A DNA stretch of 64,000 nucleotides from a bacterium (lineage in GTDB: Bacteria; UBA8248; JACPRG01; G963555815): NCBI GenBank assembly GCA_963555815.3, contig CAUVWX020000001.1, positions 640,001 through 704,000 of the forward strand, given 5' to 3'. The notes under the pieces were generated by a model that saw only the letters and a program-made list of their open reading frames with translations, made no database searches and had not been told where the DNA came from. Of the stretch, positions 28,856 through 38,548 are shown in pieces. A program made the translations under genes and the position numbers. Numbering within the stretch: the first letter of the stretch is position 1; each line of letters opens with the position of its first letter.

Positions 28856-30112
28856 CTACCCAGCCGCCCGGGGCCTGGTGCGGCCGAAAACCTTTGAAGA
28901 CCGGGCCTCAAAAATCTCTCGCACCCGATCAAGGACGATGTCGGCCAGGGCGGTCTTGGTCAGGGCTGGGGTCTCCGTGCGCCGGCCAGACGCGTCCAAG
29001 AGGAGGGCGCGGGTGACGTCGGCCCCCATGGTTTCCTCCTCCCCTCCGACGGAGTTCGCAACGACGAGATCCAGGTTTTTGGCTTTGAGCTTCGCCGCGG
29101 CATTCTCGGCGGAATTTGAAGTCTCGGCAGCGAAACCGACCAGGACGCGGTTCCCCTTTCTCTGTCCCAACTCAGCCAGAATGTCGGCGGTCCTCTCAAG
29201 GACCAGGGTTGTCTCAGGGGGACCCTTCTGACTCTTTTGGCGGATCGGATCCCGGGGTCGGTAGTCCGAGACAGCCGCCGCCTTGATGACGGCCTGGCAG
29301 TTGTCCAGAGCACGCCACACCGCCTGGCGCATTTCCTCGGCCGTCTCCACCCGGACCACCTCGACGCCGGGGGGATCGGGAAGGGAGGCGGGCCCGCTAA
29401 CCAGGATGACCTCGGCCCCCCGTCTTTGGGCGCAGGCGGCCAGGGCATATCCCATCTTGCCGGAGGAACGGTTCGTCAGGACGCGAACGGCATCCCAGGG
29501 TTCCCGGGTGGGACCTGCGGTCACCAAGATCCTCCTTCCGCGAAGGTCCCCGGAACGCTCAAGGATGGAAGCGGCGGCGGAGAGAATAATCGAAGGCTCG
29601 ACCAGACGCCCTTCCCCCTCGTCCAGGCACGCGAGCTCCCCCGTCTCCGGGTCCAGGATGTGAACACCCCGCTGTCTCAGCCGGGCCAAGTTCTCCTGGA
29701 CCGCTGGATGGCGGAGCATCCATTGATTCATGGCCGGGGCTAAGAGGACAGGGCAGGGAGCCGCCAGAAGACACGTCGTCAAGAAGTCGTCTGCAATCCC
29801 CCGGGCATATTTCCCGATGAGGTTCGCCGTAGCCGGGGCCACCACCACAAGGTCTGCCGCGTCTTTTTCTCCCTCCCCCTGGACCACGTGAATGTGCTCA
29901 AGAGGATCGGCGGGGTTAGGGGGGAAGAGGTCCGTGATGACGGGGTGCCCAGACAGGGTGTGGAAGGTGAGGGGCGTGACGAACTGGGTGGCGTGGGTCG
30001 TCATGACGACCCGGACGTCGGCCCCTCGCTGGGTGAGACCCCTTAACACCTCAACGGCCTTGTAGGCAGCGATTCCACCGCTGACCCCAAGGACGACACG
30101 CTTGTCTTTCAT
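28856..30112 (-). CDS. coaBC: bifunctional phosphopantothenoylcysteine decarboxylase/synthase
   Basis: GVSGGIAAYKA, APAMN, TAGPTRE, NRSSGKMG, VGFAAET. Confidence 0.96.
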   Translation of the reverse strand: MKDKRVVLGVSGGIAAYKAVEVLRGLTQRGADVRVVMTTHATQFVTPLTFHTLSGHPVITDLFPPNPADPLEHIHVVQGEGEKDAADLVVVAPATANLIGKYARGIADDFLTTCLLAAPCPVLLAPAMNQWMLRHPAVQENLARLRQRGVHILDPETGELACLDEGEGRLVEPSIILSAAASILERSGDLRGRRILVTAGPTREPWDAVRVLTNRSSGKMGYALAACAQRRGAEVILVSGPASLPDPPGVEVVRVETAEEMRQAVWRALDNCQAVIKAAAVSDYRPRDPIRQKSQKGPPETTLVLERTADILAELGQRKGNRVLVGFAAETSNSAENAAAKLKAKNLDLVVANSVGGEEETMGADVTRALLLDASGRRTETPALTKTALADIVLDRVREIFEARSSKVFGRTRPRAAG

Positions 30113-30158
30113 CTCTGCACCACCTTGTACAAACAATATAGCCCCTGTTCCCTCCAGC

Positions 30159-30770
30159 TCAAGAGGACCCTTTCTGGGAGCTCGATCTCGCGCGGACCCG
30201 ACAGCGCTCGGCCACAATAACAGCCTGAAGCTGGCCCGCCGCTTCCTCCAGGTCCTCGTTCAGAATGGTGTACTCATACTCGCTGATCCACCCCATCTCC
30301 TCACGGGCGAGTTGCAAGCGCCTTTCCAAAACGGCCCCATCCTCCCCCTTTCGCTCTCGCAAGCGCGCCTCCAAGACTTCCAGGGAGGGGGGCTTCACGA
30401 AGATCGTGATGACCTCGGGGAAAAGCTCCCGCACCTTTCTTGCTCCCTGGATCTCGATGGCCAGGATAGTGTCGATTCCCGTCTTCCGGTTGCTCTCCAG
30501 GGGGGGGCGAGGGGTGCCGTAAAGGTGGTCATAGACCTCGACCCACTCGATGAGCCCTCCTGAGGCAACCCGGCCCTGGAAGGCCTCCCGGCTGATGAAC
30601 TCATAATCCACGCCATCCTTTTCTCCTGGACGCGGTGGGCGGGTGGTGCATGAGATAGACCGCTTGAGGTCGGGCAGAGCCCGGACGGCCCGTTCCACCA
30701 AGGAGGTCTTCCCCCCACCGGAGGGGGCGGATATCACGAAGACAAGGCCTTCCCGCTTATTGACAGACAT
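30159..30770 (-). CDS. gmk: guanylate kinase
   Basis: SAPSGGGKTS, TTRPPRPGEKDGVDY, YGTP. Confidence 0.96.
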   Translation of the reverse strand: MSVNKREGLVFVISAPSGGGKTSLVERAVRALPDLKRSISCTTRPPRPGEKDGVDYEFISREAFQGRVASGGLIEWVEVYDHLYGTPRPPLESNRKTGIDTILAIEIQGARKVRELFPEVITIFVKPPSLEVLEARLRERKGEDGAVLERRLQLAREEMGWISEYEYTILNEDLEEAAGQLQAVIVAERCRVRARSSSQKGSS

Positions 30771-30805
30771 CGCTTCGCCTTTGGGACGCAAGGGGCCCAC
30801 AGATT

Positions 30806-31735
30806 TCATTCGAGATTCTGCACCTGCTCCCGGATCTTCTCCAGTTCCCCTTTAACCTCTACCACGTGGGCGGACACGCTGGAGTCCGGGGTTTTGGCCC
30901 CGAGCGTTGAGATCTCTCGATGCATCTCTTGAAGGAGGAAGTCGAGCTTTCGTCCCCCTGGGCTTCCCTGCCCGATCTGGGCCTCAAATTGGGCGATGTG
31001 GCCCATCAGGCGTGTCAATTCCTCGGTGACGTCACTTCGCTGGGTGAGATAGAGGACCTCCTGCTCCAGCCGGCCGGGGTCCAGGTTGGTCTGTCCCTGA
31101 AAAAGTTCCTCAAGACGCTGGCGCAGGCGCTCCCGCCACTGCTCGACCCCTACCGGAGCAGCGGCTTCAATGGCGACGATGAGAGCCTTTGCCGTCGCCA
31201 GACGCGCGCCCACATCTTTCATCAGGGCGGCCCCCTCGTGGCTCCGCATGGACTCCAGGGCACCCAGGGCGCTGTCCAGGGCGGGAAGGAACGTCTCCCA
31301 GGCCCCCTCGGGGTCCAGCTCTTTCTCCTCTAGTGGGAAGATCTCCCGAAGGCGGGCCAGGGTGTCGAGCGTAATCTCCCCGGACAGCTTAAGGGAGTCT
31401 TTCAGGGTCTTGAGGCTCTTCAAGTAGCCCTTCGCCAGGCCAAGGTCAAGCTGGAGGGATCGCTCCTGCGAGAATTCCGGGGAATTGGTGACGAAGACGT
31501 CGAACCTTCCCCGCTCGAACCTCTCCCGGATCCTCTGGCGGATCCGCGATTCGATGGCGGCAAAAGAGCGAGGGGCCTTGATGGAGATATCGAGGTGGCG
31601 GTGATTGACCGAGCGGACCTCTACCGAGAAGGCGCCGCAGGAACTCTGGGCCTGCCCCTTTCCCCATCCTGTCATGCTTCGCCACAGAGCGGCCGTCAGG
31701 GGTATCCTCCTTTCTCCCTGGTTTAAGTTAATCAT
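30806..31735 (-). CDS. yicC: YicC/YloC family endoribonuclease (true start probably near SMTG)
   Basis: SMTGWG, EVRSVNHRHLD, GRKLDFLLQEMHRE, EKIREQVQNLE. Confidence 0.93.
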   Translation of the reverse strand: MINLNQGERRIPLTAALWRSMTGWGKGQAQSSCGAFSVEVRSVNHRHLDISIKAPRSFAAIESRIRQRIRERFERGRFDVFVTNSPEFSQERSLQLDLGLAKGYLKSLKTLKDSLKLSGEITLDTLARLREIFPLEEKELDPEGAWETFLPALDSALGALESMRSHEGAALMKDVGARLATAKALIVAIEAAAPVGVEQWRERLRQRLEELFQGQTNLDPGRLEQEVLYLTQRSDVTEELTRLMGHIAQFEAQIGQGSPGGRKLDFLLQEMHREISTLGAKTPDSSVSAHVVEVKGELEKIREQVQNLE

Positions 31736-31811
31736 TTAAAAACAGTGGGATAGTCAAAGTCAAAGGAAATATTGCCGTTGAAAGGCGACTGGCCTAGGCC
31801 GTATACTGGTA

Positions 31812-33671
31812 TTGAAAAAGGAGCAGATGGAAATGGATGCCTTTGTGCTGAAGGCCATTGCAGGGGAGTTGGGCCGCGCCTTAAAGGGCGGGGTCATCGA
31901 CAAGGTCCACCAGCCTAACCGGTCGACCATCACCCTTGAACTCCGGGCCCCGTCGGCCAAGGAGGACAAAATGGGCCTCCCCAGGGTCGGCAACCACTAC
32001 CAGCTCCTCCTCTCTGCCGACAGCCAGCAGGCCCGGGCCCACCTCTCGGACGTCAAGATAGAAAACCCGCCAGCCCCTCCTCCCTTTTGCATGCTCTTGA
32101 AGAAGCACCTCGTGGGCTGCAAGCTGATGGGGGTTTCCCTCCGTGGGCTGGAACGGGCCCTCCATTTTCAACTGCAGAAGCGAGACCCTGTCGGCCGGAT
32201 CGTGAAATATTTGCTCGTCGCCGAGGTCATGGGCAGGCACAGCAACATCATCCTGATAGAGGGCAAGACCGGGCTCATCATCAACACCCTCAAACCTGCC
32301 CCGGCGACGAAGCAGATCAAGCGGCCGCTTCTGCGCGACCTCCCCTATGAGCCGCCGCCCCCTCAGGGGAGACAAGATCCCCTCGCCATCCAGGAGAAGG
32401 AGTTCCTGGCCCTGGCCAATTCCCACCCACCAGGGGAGGAGGAGTGGCTCGTAAAAACCTTTGAGGGCCTGAGTCCGACAGCCGCCAGGGGGATCGCCCG
32501 CCTCAACGTCAAGAAGGGGTGGTGGCCCGCCTTCCACGCCACGATGGAGCGAGTGGCCAAGGGGGAGTTTCGACCGGGCCTCCTGGTCAGCAACGAAGAC
32601 CCAGAGGTCCTGACGGTCCTTCCCGCCGCCGACGGGGAGCAGGTGGTGGCCTTTGAGAGCATGAACGCCGCCGCCAATGATTTTTACGGCCACCGCGTGG
32701 GGAGGGAGAAGATCGCCACCCGGCGCAAGGAGCTCCTCAAGAGAGTCCGAGCTCTCCTCGTCCGGCGCCGGAAGACGGCGAAGGCCATCCAGGGAGACCT
32801 CGCGCGGGCGAAAGGGGCCGAGGCCATCAAACAAAAGGGGGACCTGCTCACTGCGAACTTTCAATCCATCTCCAAAGGGGCAACGTCTGTCACGCTGGCG
32901 GACCCCGTGAGTGGCGAGATCGTGGAGATCACCCTGGAGCCTAGGCTCTCTCCCTCCGAGAACGTCCAGCGCTATTTCAGACGATACAAGAAGCTGAAAC
33001 GGTTGGTGGGATACGGACCCAAACGTCTAAAAGCCATAGAGACTTCAGTTCATCAACTTGAGATCACAGCGGCCGCCCTGGAGAAGGCCCCCGATCTGGA
33101 CACCCTTGAATCCCTGGCGAAGGAGACGGCCCTCGAAGGATCCGAAAATAAAAAGCCCGACAGGCCCAGCAAAAAACCGGCCCCCCCTCAGAGGGCCGCC
33201 GCCCCTAGGGCTAAAAAACGCCGGAAAGAGAAAGGACCTAAAGAGGACAAGGAGCCTAAAAAGGAGACGTCGCGAGCGGTTTCCTCCCCGGCCTGTCGTG
33301 TTCGCCTCGTCATGGACGGGTGGGAGATCCTGGTGGGAAAGAACAGCCGCGGCAACGACCGCCTCCTTCGGGAGGTCGCCCGGCCCAACGACCTGTGGCT
33401 TCACGCCGAAGGGTATCCCGGTTCCCACGTCCTCATCCAGCGAAAGGGCGCCAGGGGAGAGATCCCACTTCCGGTGCTAGAGGAAGCCGCTGGCCTCGCC
33501 GCCGCCCACAGCAAGGCCAACAAGGCCGGGAAGGTGGCCGTGGCTTATACCCAGGTCAAACACGTGCGCCGCGTGAAGGGTGGCCGGGCCGGCCAGGTCT
33601 CCTATACCGACGAGAAGACTCTCCTGATCCCACCGAAGGTTCTGGACAAAGAAGTGAAACAAAAAGGCTGA
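31812..33671 (+). CDS. rqcH: NFACT-family ribosome quality-control protein RqcH (FbpA-like)
   Basis: FCMLLKKHL, EVMGRHSNIIL, VGKNSRGNDRL, WLHAEGYPGSHV. Confidence 0.88.
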   Translation: MKKEQMEMDAFVLKAIAGELGRALKGGVIDKVHQPNRSTITLELRAPSAKEDKMGLPRVGNHYQLLLSADSQQARAHLSDVKIENPPAPPPFCMLLKKHLVGCKLMGVSLRGLERALHFQLQKRDPVGRIVKYLLVAEVMGRHSNIILIEGKTGLIINTLKPAPATKQIKRPLLRDLPYEPPPPQGRQDPLAIQEKEFLALANSHPPGEEEWLVKTFEGLSPTAARGIARLNVKKGWWPAFHATMERVAKGEFRPGLLVSNEDPEVLTVLPAADGEQVVAFESMNAAANDFYGHRVGREKIATRRKELLKRVRALLVRRRKTAKAIQGDLARAKGAEAIKQKGDLLTANFQSISKGATSVTLADPVSGEIVEITLEPRLSPSENVQRYFRRYKKLKRLVGYGPKRLKAIETSVHQLEITAAALEKAPDLDTLESLAKETALEGSENKKPDRPSKKPAPPQRAAAPRAKKRRKEKGPKEDKEPKKETSRAVSSPACRVRLVMDGWEILVGKNSRGNDRLLREVARPNDLWLHAEGYPGSHVLIQRKGARGEIPLPVLEEAAGLAAAHSKANKAGKVAVAYTQVKHVRRVKGGRAGQVSYTDEKTLLIPPKVLDKEVKQKG

Positions 33672-33676
33672 TCAGC

Positions 33677-33712
33677 GTGTTTCAGATATAATAAGTGTTT
33701 CAGATATAATAA
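33677..33712 (+). repeat. perfect 18-bp tandem duplication containing TATAAT
   Basis: GTGTTTCAGATATAATAA twice, just upstream of the WD40 gene RBS. Confidence 0.9.
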
Positions 33713-33729
33713 GGCTAAAGGAGCAAAAG

Positions 33730-35799
33730 ATGCGTGCGCGCCGGTTTTGCCTTCAGGCCCTGATCGTCCTTCTTCCTGCCCTTCTTGCGTCTCTTGCCTT
33801 CTCCCAAGAAGTTCGGGTCCTCAAGGGGCATGGATATTCGGTCGCTTTTTCACCCGACGGCCGCCTCCTCGCCTCTGGGTCAGGGAAGACCATTCGCCTC
33901 TTGGAGGTCTCCTCAGGGGAAGAATTTAGGCGCTTTGAAGGATTTGGAGCCATTCAGACCGTCTCCTTTTCGCCTGATGGCCGCCTCCTGGCATCAGGGT
34001 CCGAGAGCGAGAATACGGTCCGTCTCTGGGAGGTCTCATCAGGAAGGGAGCTAAGGCGCCAGCGCCTTCTCGGGCATGAAGGCAAGGTCTCGTCCGTCAC
34101 CTTTTCACCCGATGGCCGTCTCCTGGCTTCAGGGTCATGGAACGACACCATCCGCCTCTGGGAGGTGTCCTCAGGGAACGAATTAAGGATCCTTGATGGA
34201 CATAGAGATATCGTCCACTCAGTCTCCTTTTCGCCCGACGGCAGCATCCTGGCATCAGGGGCAAGTGAAAAGACCATCCGCCTCTGGGAGGTCTCAACAG
34301 GGAGGGAGCTAAGACGCCTTGAGGGCCATGAAAATGGGGTCAACTCCGTCACCTTTTCACCCGATGGCCGTCTCCTGGCCTCAGGGTCATATGACCGAAC
34401 CATCCGCCTCTGGGAGGTCTCATCGGGGAAGGAAGTAAGGCGTTTTAAGGGGCATGGGGATGTGGTCAACTCCGTCTCCTTCTCGCCCGACGGCCGCCTT
34501 CTAGTCTCTGGGTCACGTGACAAAACCGTCCGCCTCTGGGAGGTGTCCTCGGGTAGAGAGCTGAGGCGCCTTGAGGGGCACAGAAACAATGTGTTAGCCG
34601 TCGTCTTTTCACCCGATGGCCGCCTCCTGGCGTCAGGGTCATGGGACCGAACCATCCGCCTCTGACCGATTTCCCCCGCTGGGGCTCCCGTCGTCGCCAA
34701 AGCGCCATCTCCTGCGCCTGCTCCGGAGCCTCCTCCCGTTGCCGAAGCACCTGCTCCTGCGTCGCGTGTCGAGCCCCCACGTCGGGACCCCATCCAAGGG
34801 CTTCTGGCCCGGGCGGATTCTCAGTTCTCGCGCAAGCACTACACGACGCCCGAAGGAGACAATGCTTTCGAGACCCTTCAGGAGGTTCTTAAGCTAGACC
34901 CTGGGAGCGAGCGGGCCCTCCAAAGGCTTCAGGAGATGGCGCAGATATATCGAGGTTGGGGCGACAAGGATCTTGCGCGGGGTAATTTTGAGCGGGCTCG
35001 GCAGAATTACGAGAAAATTCTTGTCCTCTTTCCTAAGGATCGGGAGGCCCGGGAACAGCTGGCGGCCGTTGACCAAGCTGAACAGGAAGAGGCCCGAAGG
35101 GTCGCCCGGGAGGAACATGAAGAGGGTCTTAGGAGGGAACAGGAAGAAGTGGCCTCTGTGCCGCCGGAAGAAAGGAAATGGAGGTCGGCGGGGTCGGGGT
35201 TCTTCCTGGCCGGGTCCACGCATATTGTGACGAGCAACCACGTCGTCCGGGACGTAGAGGAGATTCGAGTTTCCTTCCCCTCAGGCGAACAGTATCAGGG
35301 CAGCGTCGTCGCAAGAGACGCCAACAACGACCTGGCCCTCGTCCTTCTCCAAGGAATTCAACCGAAGAGCGGAGGCTTTGTCGCCGACCTGAGTGCTGAG
35401 GTCCAGGCCGGCGAGCGCATTCACGTCCTCGGCTACACCCTTGGCACAAACCTCAGCCGAAGCCCGAGCATCATCTCGGGACAGGTGAACGCCGCCACGG
35501 ATCTTGGGGACAACATCGCCCAGTTCCGGACGAATGCGCTCTTCAACGAGGGGAACAGCGGGGGGCCGGTCCTCAACGAGTTTGGCAAGCTTGTCGGGAT
35601 CGCCCGCGCGGGCCTGATACAGCAAGGGGTCGAGGGGATTCGCTTCGGCACCAAGCTTTCGGCGGCCTCCCTCCTTTTTGGCCAGGCGCAAATCGAGCGG
35701 GAGTTCACCATCCAGGTGACGCCGAGGGAAACTCCTATGCGCCCCCAAGAGATTTTCAGCGAATTCTCGCCTTTCGTGGTGTTGATTGAAACCCGTTAG
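33730..35799 (+). pseudogene. secreted WD40 + Pro/Ala linker + TPR + trypsin-like protease gene interrupted by one in-frame TGA
   Basis: ORFs 33730-34665 and 34936-35799 share a frame and the gap is open; TGA at 34663-34665 sits at the conserved Trp of 'TIRLW'; protease triad TSNHVV, NNDLAL, GNSGGP. Confidence 0.8.
33811..34662 (+). repeat. seven highly similar WD40 coding repeats (about 120-130 bp unit)
   Basis: Repeated FSPDG(R/S)xLxSGS...TxRL(W) units with strongly similar DNA. Confidence 0.9.
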
Positions 35800-35809
35800 A
35801 GGACGGTTC

Positions 35810-36709
35810 ATGAAATCTCTTTTTCTTCTCGTCTTTCTTTTTCTCTTTCCGGCCCACGGCCTTGCTCAGGACACCGACGTTACTGAGATGGCCCAGGAAG
35901 AAAAGCGCTCCATCGTGGTGGTGGCGGTGGGCGTGTACCCTTTTGGGGAGGATGACACCCTGGCAGGTGCGAGGGAGCGGGCTTACCAGAACGCCCTGTA
36001 GAGGGCCTGCGCTATGGCGGGGCTGAAGCTGAGTAGCGAGGCCCTGGTCCAAAACGAACTCCTGAAATACTCCATCCTCAAGACCGAGTCGGGCTGCAAT
36101 CAAAAGGTGATCGAACGTAAGGACCCCGAGCTTACCGAGCTTAGGTTGAGGCAGCCCGCGCGCGTCGAGGTGAAGGTCGAGGTCCTCTATACCCTCCTCG
36201 ACCAGGAGAACCGCCCCGTCTCTCCGGAATCCCTGGTCAACATCCCCGATGCCCCCCTCACCGTTAACGTCTGGACCGAGAAGAGGCGCTACCGGCAGGG
36301 AGAGCATATCGTCGTCTTCGTTCGGGGCAACAAGCCCTTCTACGGGAGAGTGGTGAGCATCAATCCACAGGGCATAAAATTCCTGCTTCTTCCAAATGAG
36401 TTTCGACCGGACAACTTCTTTGAAGGGGGAAAGAACTACCAGATCCCGGACGAGGACCAGGGGGATCGGTTCGACTTCACCGTTGGCGAGCCCCCGTACG
36501 GCCGCGAGCAGATCGTGGTCTTCGCCAGCTCAGTCCCCCAGGGAGACCTTCTGACCGCCCCCATCGCTGGCGGGGTCATCTCGGAGTTTCCGGGGACTCG
36601 AGAGGCCCTCGACTTGAGCGTGAGAAACTTGCAAGTGACTCCCGGAGCCGGGGCCGGTTCCGAGGCCGATTTCATCGAGGCCACCTGGACGATAGAGACT
36701 TCTCCTTAA
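35810..36709 (+). pseudogene. secreted DUF4384-domain protein interrupted by one in-frame TAG
   Basis: Signal-peptide ORF ends at TAG 35999-36001 and continues in frame into ORF 36014-36709 (VWTEKRRYRQGE...LLPNEF...PPYGREQIVVFAS). Confidence 0.72.
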
Positions 36710-36893
36710 CCTGATCGGCGTCTCACACTTCCTCCACAGCTCAATCTAGCACCTCGCCAAGCGGGCGTTTTCCCTCTTCTGTTGGGCCGCCAGGGGCCCC
36801 TCAATTTTTCAGAAAAAACGGTAGTGGGTCGTTTTGATTGATTAATTAACGTGTTCGAGGGGGGGGGTGTTTTGAAAGGTTTTAGGGATCGTT

Positions 36894-36918
36894 AGTGCGT
36901 TATGCCGCTTAACGCACT
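36894..36918. terminator. hairpin downstream of doc
   Basis: AGTGCGTTA-7 nt-TAACGCACT, 9-bp stem, 16 nt after the doc stop; no strong U tail. Confidence 0.4.
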
Positions 36919-36934
36919 TCGGAGAGCACGTTTT

Positions 36935-37375
36935 TCAAGGTCTAGCAAAGTCCCGCAAGGAACACCTTGGAGACAGCCACTCTTCGAATTCTTCTTTTCC
37001 CGTCTGTCCGTCTGCAATTTGAAGGAAAACCGCCGCAATTTCGCCTTGTTTGGCGTCTAATGAATATCCGTTTAAGCCCAGGAAACGGACTACACTGAGG
37101 GCGGCAATCCTCTTGTTGCCATCATTAAATGCGTGGGCTTGGCAGACATGAAATTCATAGGCAGCAGCCATCCCAAGAGGGAAAGAGTGTAAATATTCAC
37201 CGCCTGATGTAGCCCTCGCTTGGTGGATTGCGCTCTCAAGGGCGTTTCGATCTCTTAGCCCTGGCATTCCTCCAAATTCTTCAATAGCTGTCAAATGGGC
37301 CCCTATAACGTCTTCAATAAACAAAAAAGCGGGGCCGTAGCTTCTCACACGACCCCGCCCCGTTAAAACCATCAA
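36935..37375 (-). CDS. doc: Doc (death-on-curing) Fic-family toxin
   Basis: HAFNDGNKRIA Doc-type Fic motif, FGGMPGLRDRNALESA, FLGLNGY. Confidence 0.9.
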   Translation of the reverse strand: MMVLTGRGRVRSYGPAFLFIEDVIGAHLTAIEEFGGMPGLRDRNALESAIHQARATSGGEYLHSFPLGMAAAYEFHVCQAHAFNDGNKRIAALSVVRFLGLNGYSLDAKQGEIAAVFLQIADGQTGKEEFEEWLSPRCSLRDFARP

Positions 37376-37376
37376 A

Positions 37377-37928
37377 CTAAAGATTTGCTAGGCTTTTAAA
37401 ATCTTCTCGGTATTTCTCTAGGCTCTCCTTGGTTACTTTCTCAAGAATTGCCTTTCGTCTGCACGCCATAGTCCCAACAATGTCTATACATTCATACTGC
37501 TTGGCCTTTACCATCGGTAGAGTAGAGTAGACATACTTAACGAATCTGCCCCACGGAAGCCTCCATGTGTCCTCAATAACCTTTCTTAGCACAATCTTTT
37601 CCTCGTTTGTAAGGGCTTCAGCGACAACCTGCTTTTGGAGATCGGTGGCTTTCCACTCATACCACCGCTTTTTATCGCCATACATGGTGACATCTTCGTG
37701 GATTTCAATCTTCTTCCCATCAAGAGACTCCACATAGGAATCACCGGCCCCAACAAATGGGCCATGGTTGTTAAAAATCCACCTTGTTTGCGTGAGTTGC
37801 TCTCCATTTCCCCACGCCCATTCAACATCTAGCAAGTAAATGAGCTTATCGAGCCTACCGCTCGTAAGCTCTTGGGGTCTGGGGTATTCTGAGACCAAGA
37901 AATCCACTAAGTCCGAGAATCTCGCCAC
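37377..37928 (-). CDS. Panacea (DUF4065/SocA-like) antitoxin
   Basis: 'LTSGRLDKLIYLLD', 'WIFNNHGPF', 'LRKVIEDTW...YVYSTLPM'; GGAGGTG RBS before GTG; 1 nt upstream of doc. Confidence 0.8.
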   Translation of the reverse strand: MARFSDLVDFLVSEYPRPQELTSGRLDKLIYLLDVEWAWGNGEQLTQTRWIFNNHGPFVGAGDSYVESLDGKKIEIHEDVTMYGDKKRWYEWKATDLQKQVVAEALTNEEKIVLRKVIEDTWRLPWGRFVKYVYSTLPMVKAKQYECIDIVGTMACRRKAILEKVTKESLEKYREDFKSLANL

Positions 37929-38039
37929 GGTTCGTCACCTCCACACTATTAATTTGGTAGATGGCGGTGAGGCACGTCAATAGCTTTTTCGCACTATGTA
38001 AAAAATATGGATTATTTTCTGCGTATCTATTAACACGCC

Positions 38040-38522
38040 ATGCCTCGGGGTCTATATTGTTTCTCAGCGTTTGACCTATTGGTAACCGGAGTGGATCCAA
38101 TAACTTTCAATGAGTCCGTAAAGAGCCAGATCGAAGTCCTCGCGGCTGGGGAGGCCCATATTCTAAGCACGATTGCTCCCCTACAAAAGGAGCTTGAGGA
38201 GATCAGGGCTCGGATGAACCACCTAGAAGGTTATTTGGCTGCCCTTGATTCGGGTGAGGCGCAAAAGGGCCTGAAAGAGAAAGAGCCCATAACGGATAAG
38301 ATTGTCCGTGTATTCGAAAGAGAAAAGCGTCCTCTTCACTACCTGGAGGTCTTGTCTTTGCTTAGGGAGCAGGAGGGGTTTGTTATGACTGGAAAAGACC
38401 CAAAGGCAAATATGACAGCAAAGCTAGCAGGAAGTGCAAGGTTTAGCCGTCTCGACCGTGGTATTTACGTTCTCACAGAGTGGACCAAACAAAATCAAAG
38501 AAAAGCCCCGCAGGAGGACTAA
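38040..38522 (+). CDS. coiled-coil + HARE-HTH (HB1/ASXL/restriction endonuclease winged HTH) protein; start may be GTG 38091
   Basis: 'IVRVFEREKRPLHYLEVL...GKDPKANMTAKL...RFSRLDRGIYVLTEW' matches the HARE-HTH pattern. Confidence 0.7.
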   Translation: MPRGLYCFSAFDLLVTGVDPITFNESVKSQIEVLAAGEAHILSTIAPLQKELEEIRARMNHLEGYLAALDSGEAQKGLKEKEPITDKIVRVFEREKRPLHYLEVLSLLREQEGFVMTGKDPKANMTAKLAGSARFSRLDRGIYVLTEWTKQNQRKAPQED

Positions 38523-38536
38523 CCGTGCGGGGCTTT
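38493..38536 (-). terminator. intrinsic terminator, strongest for the minus strand
   Basis: Inverted repeat AAAGCCCCGCA (38502-38512) / TGCGGGGCTTT (38526-38536); on the minus strand the GC stem is followed by TTTTCTTTGATT. Confidence 0.7.
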
Positions 38537-38548
38537 GAAATTACTGGT

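Noticed and set aside
30113..30158. rpoZ between gmk and coaBC
   Set aside because: The gap is only 46 nt; the gene is simply not located here.
33811..34662. CRISPR array
   Set aside because: The repeats are in-frame WD40 coding units without unique spacers; no cas genes in the window.
33730..36709. Genome-wide stop-codon reassignment, or Sec/Pyl insertion, to explain the two internal stops
   Set aside because: Housekeeping genes here end in TGA (rpmH, gyrB) and TAG (rnpA, parA) at expected lengths; the TGA is at a Trp rather than a Cys position.
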